Both the position numbers and the translations under genes were made by a program. DNA of 6,489 nt, from NCBI RefSeq assembly GCF_006345805.1, contig NW_021829339.1:1-6489 (forward strand), in the 5' to 3' direction. This document shows, in pieces, positions 1-6,489 of this stretch (position 1 is its first letter; each line of letters starts with the position of its first letter). The notes beneath the pieces were generated by a model, which worked only from the letters and a program-made list of their open reading frames with translations, had not been told where the DNA came from and ran no database searches. The DNA is from Octopus sinensis. Lineage: Eukaryota.

Positions 1-73
1 ACATTCAACTAGAAATTCTTCAAGGCAGTGCCCCAGCGTGGCCGCAGTCTAATGCCTGAAACAATTATAAAAA
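1..73 (+). mobile_element. 3' tail of a family B SINE (rest lies upstream of the window)
   Basis: aaggcagtgccccagcgtggccgcagtctaatgcctgaaaca matches the tail of the copy at 5710-5750 (gggcggtgccccagcatggccgcagtctaatcactgaaata) and is followed by an A-rich end. Confidence 0.8.
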
Positions 74-380
74 ATTAGCTTAATTTTTTTCTATATTAAA
101 TATGAAACATTTTAGGATATCACATTTGTAAGAAAATGTATGACAAATGCAGTTTCTTAAATATAAACAATATTTGACAGATTTGGAATCTGTGATATAA
201 ATATCATGGAATTAGTTAATTTCTAAGAATGCTAATTATGCATCATAGATCTAATTAACAGTTTTTTTTTCCATCTTACTTCATTAGCACCATTAATGTT
301 CTTAGAACAGTCATTTTATTCCTGTGCGTCTAAAAGGTTCGTTACATCCTAATTTCTAACATATTTCAAATATATTTTTT

Positions 381-637
381 TAAATATTAAATTACGAATT
401 AAAAGCAGTTCTACTAATGCAGGCATTATCAGTTGCGCATAAAATAGTGTAGGCGTTTTGATTGTTCTCCGAATTTGCTGCAGTATACCGTACGGGGAAA
501 GATCCCTACACGACGCCGAGTGTTAAAGAACAGCTGCAAGTCAAAGACCAGGCGAGTCAACTCTTCTCAGAATCACCAAGAATGGGAGATACCGATATTT
601 TGTCCATACTGTGACTTGCCAATATCATGTCTTTGGA
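381..637 (+). repeat. Ancient local duplication, copy 1 (continues at 1347-1385 after the SINE multimer)
   Basis: Manual alignment to 1441-1693: 39/50 identical over 391-440 (offset 1059) and 86/120 over 518-637 (offset 1056). Shared anchors include aaattaaaagcag, gcattatc, aatttgctg, accaggcgag, ctcagaa and ccgatattt. Confidence 0.85.
624..637 (+). repeat. Left TSD of the SINE multimer (partner at 1333-1346)
   Basis: atcatgtctttgga (624-637) vs atcatgtattcgga (1333-1346), 12/14 identical. Homology to duplication copy 2 resumes immediately after 1346. Confidence 0.7.
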
Positions 638-639
638 AC

Positions 640-869
640 GGAGGCGACCTGGTAGAAATATTAGCATGCCGGGCGAAATGCTTAGCGGTATTTCGTCTGC
701 CGCTACGTTTGAGTTCAAATTTCGCCGAGGTCGACTTTGCCTTTCATCCTTTCGGGGTCGATAAATTAAGTGCCAGTCACGCACTGGGGTCTATGTAATC
801 GACTTAATCCGTTTGTGTGTCCTTCTTTGTCCCCTCTATGTTTAGCCCCTTGTGGGCAATAAAGAAATA
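640..869 (+). mobile_element. Family A tRNA-related SINE, full-length unit 1 of a tandem multimer
   Basis: Head ggaggcgacctggtagaaa with an A-box-like tggtagaaat, B-box-like gagttcaaatttc (711-723), body repeated elsewhere in the window, 3' end aaagaaata. Confidence 0.85.
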
Positions 870-1087
870 AGAAACGTTAGCATGCCGGGCGAAATGCTTA
901 GAGGTATTTCGTCTGCAACTACGAGCTGAGTTCAAATTCCGCCGAGGATTGACTTTGCCTTTCATCCTTTCGGGGTCGACTAAATAAGTACCAGTTACGC
1001 ACTGGGGTCGATATAATCGACTTAATCCGTTTGTCTGTCCTTGTTTGTCCCCTCTGTGTTTAGCCCCTTGTGGGTAGTAAAGAAATA
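870..1087 (+). mobile_element. Family A SINE, unit 2 (5'-truncated, starts agaaacgttagc)
   Basis: About 90% identical to the other units and ends in the same aaagaaata terminus. Confidence 0.85.
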
Positions 1088-1276
1088 GGTATTTCGTCTG
1101 CCGCTACGTTCTGAGTTAAAATTCCGCCGAGGTCGACTTTGCCTTTCATCCTTTCCGGGTCGATTAAATTAAATAAGTATCAGTTACGCACTGGGGTCGA
1201 TGTAGTCAACTTAATCCGTTTGTCTGTCCTTGTTTGTCCCCTCTATGTTTAGATCCTTGTGGGTAGTAAAGAAATA
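1088..1276 (+). mobile_element. Family A SINE, unit 3 (further 5'-truncated, starts ggtatttcg)
   Basis: About 90% identical to 903-1087, with a 5-nt taaat duplication; ends aaagaaata. Confidence 0.85.
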
Positions 1277-1332
1277 GGTATTTCGCCTTTCTTTACATTC
1301 TTTCGGGCCTGATACCTAGAGTAGAAAAGAAG
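1277..1332 (+). mobile_element. Degenerate fourth unit and A-rich end of the multimer
   Basis: Begins ggtatttcg like unit 3, then cctttc...ctttcggg resembles gcctttcatcctttcgggg with an internal deletion; ends agaaaagaag next to the right TSD. Confidence 0.55.
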
Positions 1333-1440
1333 ATCATGTATTCGGATCATTTCCAAACGAAGTGAATTACTCGTCTATGTCTTACATGCAAACAGAGGGG
1401 AGTCTATTTGCTGATGTGCTGCGGCGTAGCACATATGAGA

Positions 1441-1732
1441 TAAATTTAAATTACAAATTAAAAGCAGCACTGTTAACGTAAGCATTATCGGTCGCACATG
1501 CACAGAGCGTGTATTTTGTTATATGCCAAATTTGCTGTGGATAGCGTCCTGTTAAAACTCCCCTCAACCCGCTGAGTATTACAGAACACATGAATGTTAC
1601 ATACCAGGCGAGACAATGCGCCTCAGAACCACGAATAATGGTAGATGCCGATATTTCTCCGTTATTGCGGCTTAGCAATACTATATACTTGGATCATCTC
1701 AAGAGGAAGTGATTCGCCTGTCTGTGTTATGC
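1441..1732 (+). repeat. Ancient local duplication, copy 2
   Basis: Aligns to 381-637 plus 1347-1385 at about 72% identity; 1694-1727 vs 1347-1380 is 24/34 identical. Confidence 0.85.
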
Positions 1733-1763
1733 CATTTCTGAATTCAATCCGAATTCAAATATA
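1665..1763 (+). repeat. 99-bp direct repeat, left copy (probable long TSD)
   Basis: 89/99 identical, ungapped, to 1995-2093 (offset 330); abuts the SINE 3' end exactly. Confidence 0.9.
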
Positions 1764-1994
1764 TATTTCTTTACTACCCACAAGGGGCTAAACACAGAGG
1801 GGACAAACAAGGACAGACAAACGGATTAAGTCGATTATATCGACCCCAGTGCGTAACAGGTACTTATTTAATCGACCCCGAGGGGACGAAAGGCAAAGTT
1901 GACCTCGACGGAATTTTAACTCAGAACGTAACGGTAGACGAAATACGGCTACGCATTTCGCCCGGCCTGCTAACGTTTCTGCCAGCTCGCTGCC
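1764..1994 (-). mobile_element. Family A SINE, full-length antisense copy
   Basis: Reverse complement reads ggcagcgagctggcagaaacgttagc...gagttaaaattcc...gtgggtagtaaagaaata, colinear with unit 1 over 231 bp. Confidence 0.9.
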
Positions 1995-2093
1995 TTGTGG
2001 CTTACCAATACCATTTACTTGGATCATCTCGAAAGGAAGTGATTCGCCTATCTGTGATATGCCATTCCTGAATTCAATCTGAATTCAAATATA
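1995..2093 (+). repeat. 99-bp direct repeat, right copy (probable long TSD)
   Basis: 89/99 identical to 1665-1763; abuts the SINE 5' end exactly. Confidence 0.9.
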
Positions 2094-2160
2094 GCCGAGC
2101 TTAACTTCGCCTTTCATTCGTCATGGGTTCGATAGAATAAGTTCCAGCCGAGCACTAGGC
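2069..2160 (+). mobile_element. Old, diverged, 5'-truncated family A-like SINE fragment
   Basis: ctgaattcaaatatagccgagcttaacttcgcctttcattcgtcatgggttcgatagaataagttccagccgagcactagg is colinear with ctgagttcaaattccgccgaggtcgactttgcctttcatcctttcggggtcgataaattaag...gcactggg. Confidence 0.7.
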
Positions 2161-2591
2161 CACCTTGAGTCCCTATGATTGCCCCGAAAATATACGGTCT
2201 TTGTGCCAATAATAGAAGCCAGCATGTGTTAGCGTAGTCACGTCTGACGCAAAATAGGCAAACATACTACAAGAGCAGATGTAGTGTTTCATATCTGTTT
2301 CGATTCTCGATTGTTATATTTGAAACCCTTGGGGGAAAAAGAAAACTCATTAGTTTTCCTGTGTGAATTACTAACCTGATTTTTAAGTCAGAAAATCGAT
2401 ACGTGGCGTTGCAGAATGGCCAGTACACCTACATATACATCGCTTTGCATACACCCTATATAGTCTAGTCAGTCATTGATGAAGGGAGGTTTTTTTTTAA
2501 AAAAGTAGGTAAAAGCATTAATATAAGAAACATTACTTGAACGTTTAATCAAAAAAGACATTAAGCAAACGTTCAATCAAAATTCAGCAGT

Positions 2592-2609
2592 ACAACACAC
2601 ACACACACA

Positions 2610-2658
<49 letters not shown>

Positions 2659-2884
2659 CATACACACCCAAACACACACACATACACACACACATACACA
2701 CACATACACACACATACACACACACACATACACACACACACATACACACATAAACACACACACAAACACACACACACATACACACGCACACATACACACA
2801 CAAACACATACACACACACATACACACACACATATATACGTGTGGGTGTGTGGGTGTGTGGGTGTGTGTATGCATATGTGTGTA
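2592..2884. repeat. Compound microsatellite: interrupted (CA)n with CACACACATA sub-periodicity, then (GTGTGG)n/(TG)n from 2840
   Basis: Read directly from the sequence. Confidence 0.97.
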
Positions 2885-3131
2885 TTTCTCAGCGAGTGTG
2901 TGCTCAAAGTAGCTCATGATATGTGTGTGTGTATATGAGTTCTGCGCATGCGTCTATGTTTGAGTATTGGGAAGTAACGCATGACTTCCTAAACGGACGT
3001 TCAATTAATTTTACTGATGCATTTAAATCGTAAAAAAAAGTCATCACAACGTGACAGCTTCGCCATATAAAATAGAAACACTATTAACAGTAGTAAAATT
3101 AATAGTTGTTTTAAAAGGTATACGCACAATC

Positions 3132-3226
<95 letters not shown>

Positions 3227-3356
3227 GGAATGGATGGATAGATAGATAGATAGATAGATAGGCAGACGATAGATAGGCAGACGATAGATAATAGATACAT
3301 AGATAGGTAGGCAGACAGACAGACAAACAGATTGAGACACAGACAGTCAGACAGAC

Positions 3357-3449
<93 letters not shown>

Positions 3450-3494
3450 TATGGAAGAATGGATAGATAGATAGATAGATAGATAGAGATAGAT

Positions 3495-3528
<34 letters not shown>

Positions 3529-3585
3529 GGGAGAGACAGAGAGGGAGAGAGAGATAGTTAGATAGATAGATTGATAGATATGGAT
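3132..3585. repeat. Compound (GATA)n microsatellite with GACA and GA-rich interruptions
   Basis: Two perfect (GATA)23 runs at 3133-3224 and 3358-3449 plus shorter runs. Confidence 0.98.
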
Positions 3586-3893
3586 ATATGTATGCTTCTG
3601 AATGTGTGTGCGTGTGAGTATGAACACACATTTAATGCATATGCATATGATTGTGCGCATCTGTAAGCGTGTATACATGTGTAAGTGTGTATGTGGTAAC
3701 AGACACAGGTAGGTTTCACGTCTAAACACATCCAAAAAACGACGTGTTCTTTACTGGAAGTGCTCAATAAATAATTATAAATTAATTACAGTTATGACAA
3801 CAATGTGTGCGTGAAGGAAATAGAACGGAATGACGGCAAATCGAATATATCAATGAAAGGTAATTCGGTAAGTATGTCATTTGAGGCAGATAG

Positions 3894-3896
<3 letters not shown>

Positions 3897-3943
<47 letters not shown>

Positions 3944-4006
3944 GCATATGTATATATGTACATATATATGTTTGTCTGTATATATATAAATATATATACA
4001 TATATA

Positions 4007-4041
<35 letters not shown>

Positions 4042-4115
4042 TTAAATATATATTACATATATATATATACATAATATATATATATATACATACATATACA
4101 TACACACATCCACCC

Positions 4116-4155
<40 letters not shown>

Positions 4156-4182
4156 TTAACATATAAATATATATATATATAT

Positions 4183-4231
<49 letters not shown>

Positions 4232-4246
4232 GTATATATATATATA
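3897..4246. repeat. (TG)21 followed by about 300 bp of interrupted (TA)n
   Basis: Perfect TG run at 3897-3938; TA/CATA-rich tract at 3946-4246. Confidence 0.98.
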
Positions 4247-4531
4247 CACCACGTTTATATATTCGTTTGTGCAAGATTCTTGATCTGAAATCGTGTGTTG
4301 AAATAGATATTCTTGTATTTGGGGATGGTTATGTTGCCAGTTTAGCCAATAAAACACAAATAAGAAAGAAGAAAGCAAAGGACCACTGATGAGGGCACAG
4401 AAGTGTGACGAAAGAACTCTGGCCGAAATACCATTAATGTAAAAATTAAAATAAAGCTGAAGCAAATTAACACCAAATACATAGTGCGTGTGTTTTTATT
4501 GGCTACACTGGCAACATGACCTTCCCCAAAT

Positions 4532-4754
4532 ACATATATATATATTTATTTATTTATTTATATACAGCAGGCTTCACTCACATACATAATTACATAGAAC
4601 ATAAATATTTATATATATATATTAATATATATATATATACACACAGACACACACTCACACGTGCACGCACACGCACAAACACACACCTATATTTATATTG
4701 TGTGTGTGTGTGTATGTTTTGTGTGTGTGTGTGTATGTGTGTGTGTGTGTGTGT
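4532..4754. repeat. Compound microsatellite: (TA)n, (TTTA)n, CA-rich arm and (TG)n arm
   Basis: Read directly; CA-rich at 4639-4686 and TG-rich at 4699-4754. Confidence 0.95.
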
Positions 4755-4971
4755 ACACACTCTACGGGCTTTCAGCAGTTTCCTTCGACCAAATTAATTC
4801 ACGAAGTATCATTGGTCAGCCCACTGCAATAGCCCACGCCCGTGCCTGTGCTTACATTTCCAAAAGACGAAAAAGAGCAGAAATTTCAAACCAGATATGT
4901 ATGCCCCAGGCTTCATAAGGTCGTTTTCCATCACAACACTCTGCCACAATGAGACGTCGCTCTGTTGTAGA

Positions 4972-5104
4972 GTTCAAAGCCAGCAATTTTTAGAGAATGG
5001 ATACAAGTATATTATATCGACCTCAGTGATTCGCTGGTACTTTATTTCATTGATTCCGGCGGGAAGAAAGTCAAACTTGATATTGGCGGAATTTCAACTC
5101 AGAA
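4972..5104 (-). mobile_element. Old family A-like SINE fragment, antisense, 5'-truncated near the B box
   Basis: Reverse complement ttctgagttgaaattccgccaatatcaagtttgactttcttcc...aataaagtaccagcgaatcactgaggtcgatataat is colinear with the family A body. Confidence 0.75.
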
Positions 5105-5105
5105 A

Positions 5106-5180
5106 CTGAGTACTGGGGGTCGAAGTAATCGACTAAATCACTCCCCTAAATTTGCAGACCTTGTACTAAAATTTAAAACC
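5106..5180 (+). mobile_element. Old family A-like SINE 3' fragment, sense
   Basis: ctgagtactgggggtcgaagtaatcgact matches cactggggtcgatgtaatcgact; its tail (aaatttgcagaccttg) resembles the tail of the adjacent antisense fragment (aaattgctggctttg). Confidence 0.7.
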
Positions 5181-5341
5181 ATGGTACTGGTATCGAAATT
5201 TTCGTGCAACTTCTAGTTGCTGTCTTTGTACAGAAATGTCTGTTGATATGATTCCTCCTGAATTATAATGAATTTATTTGAAATGAATGAAACTTAAGTC
5301 CAAGGGAACTAGTGTTGGTTTAGTCATATAGGTAGTGAGAT

Positions 5342-5768
5342 GAGCACAAGTGTGGTTGTGTGGTAAGGACTTTACCTCCAAACTACATGTTTCCAGGTTC
5401 AATCCCATTGCGTGGCATCGTGGGCAAGTATCTTAGCATCAAGCCGCTCACAAGGCTTTGGTCAACGGAAACCGAAAGAAGTCTGTCCTGTATGTTTGTG
5501 TATGGATGTGTGTATACATGTGCTTATGTGTGTGTGTACATGTGCTTGTGTGTGCGTGTGTCATTGTGTCCCACCACCGATTGACAACCAGCGTTAGTGT
5601 ACTTACATCCCTGTAACATAGCGGTTCAGTAAAAAAGACCAATAAAATAAACACAAGACTTTAAAAAAAATTAAATTGTGGGGTCGATTCGTTTGACTAA
5701 AATTCCTCCGGGCGGTGCCCCAGCATGGCCGCAGTCTAATCACTGAAATAGGTAAAAAAAAATAAAAG
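5342..5768 (+). mobile_element. Family B tRNA-derived SINE, near full length, with an internal TG-rich segment
   Basis: A box tggttgtgtgg (5353-5363), B box ggttcaatccc (5396-5406), internal TG-rich tract at about 5490-5562, tail matching 1-73, A-rich end. Confidence 0.85.
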
Positions 5769-6374
5769 GCAAAAGATAGTCTCGAACCCAAATTCCCCTT
5801 TCCTGCCATGGCATACGGTCTTATCTAAACTTACAAACTTCAAACTAATGCCCATCAGCATTCTACGTAACTCCTAGTATCTTTCTTAAACTGGATGTGT
5901 CTTGTATTTAAAGATTGTAAAACTCACACCTGACAGGAGTACAGCAGACAAGGGGACAGTAGACAGCCGTATCACTGACAATGTGTAGATAGCGAAAAAG
6001 CAATCATGCGTGAAAGCTGTGTTGGAAACTCGGCAGAGTGATAATGCCAGCAATATTTCTAGTGAACAATACAATAGTGTAACTATTGGTACGTAATCTA
6101 ACCCAGACAGATAATGATTAAGTTTAATCAGACAACGATTAATGATTAAGAGATAACAATCCTCTCAACCATGCAATGTTAATAGTTTTTCAACACGTCA
6201 CTGCTCAATCTGAACGGTTTAAAGTTTTTGAAGAAACGAAGGTGAAACAGAAAATTTCTTATTTCTTCGTCTAAATTATGAAGCATAACTCGGGAATATA
6301 TTCTAACTTATCTTACAGCGTGATCTATATTAAATTTTACCTCATTTTCCCTATCGTTATAATAATTATTTTGT

Positions 6375-6418
6375 GAAGGCGCGTGGCTTCGTGGTTAGTG
6401 TATTCAGCTCACGCTCGT
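6375..6418 (+). mobile_element. tRNA-like SINE head, truncated before its B box
   Basis: gaaggcgcg-tggcttcgtgg-ttag is an A box in a tRNA D-arm context (6384-6394); there is no B box before the next head starts. Confidence 0.6.
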
Positions 6419-6489
6419 GGAGGCGCATGGCCTAGTGGTTAGGGCAGCGGACTCGCGGGCGAGGGATCGCGAGTTCGAATCTCAGACCG
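6419..6489 (+). mobile_element. Second tRNA-derived SINE head (runs off the window end)
   Basis: A box tggcctagtgg (6428-6438) and B box core gttcgaatc (6473-6481) at tRNA-like spacing, but no acceptor-stem pairing, so SINE rather than tRNA gene. Confidence 0.75.

Noticed and set aside
385-500. Resemblance of NYELKAVLL to the DIRS/Gypsy RNase H motif INxLELxAV
   Set aside because: Only a few residues match and the flanking catalytic motifs (TDAS, DN) are absent; too weak to name.
475-798. 107-aa + ORF, overlapping 75-aa - ORF, and the 79-aa ORF at 1788-2027
   Set aside because: They run through family A SINE sequence; the shared peptide (CRAKC.AVFRLPLR) only reflects SINE homology.
640-1276. 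CRISPR array or hammerhead-ribozyme (retrozyme) repeat
   Set aside because: The units are about 190-230 bp with no unique spacers, and no CUGANGA...GAAA hammerhead core was found on either strand by eye. A covariance-model search for other ribozymes was not possible.
1414-1434. GC-containing hairpin atgtgctgc-ggc-gtagcacat as a Helitron 3' end or terminator
   Set aside because: No CTRR terminus follows on either strand, there is no U-tract, and I see no counterpart in the other duplicate copy; compatible with chance.
4261-4389. Open frame [42 protein letters not shown]
   Set aside because: It is short, has no start or convincing splice sites, and matches no family I recognise.
2573-4918. 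Long ORFs up to 227 aa (CV-, HT-, SIYL- and IY-repeat peptides)
   Set aside because: They are translations of CA/TG, GATA and TA microsatellites that lack stop codons in some frames; there is no coding complexity.
5178-5220. Cluster of short palindromes (accatggt, cgaaattttcg, gcaacttctagttgc)
   Set aside because: Stems of 4-6 bp are expected by chance in AT-rich DNA; no TIR/TSD context.
6419-6489. Possible tRNA gene
   Set aside because: A and B boxes are present, but the acceptor and anticodon stems do not pair; this fits a SINE head.

Overview
AT-rich, non-coding, repeat-dominated eukaryotic DNA with no credible protein-coding gene. The supplied ORFs are read-throughs of microsatellites, SINEs or short unrecognisable stretches. 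The SINE sequences resemble tRNA-derived SINE families I recall from octopus genomes, so an octopod cephalopod origin is likely (recognition only, not a database result). Contents: (i) a ~230-bp Pol III-type SINE ('family A') present as a head-to-tail multimer (640-1332), a full antisense copy (1764-1994) and three older fragments; (ii) a second SINE ('family B', 5342-5768, plus a 3' tail at 1-73); (iii) two abutting tRNA-like SINE heads at the right edge; (iv) long compound CA, GATA, TG/TA microsatellites. The most informative structure is in 381-2160: an ancient ~72%-identical local duplication was hit by SINE insertions, one a multimer inside a single 14-bp target-site duplication (TSD) and one flanked by an exactly abutting 99-bp direct repeat, and two oppositely oriented copies share a perfect 94-bp inverted repeat although they differ ~15% elsewhere. 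I see no evidence for a new gene system; the interest is in retroposition mechanism and possible dsRNA formation.
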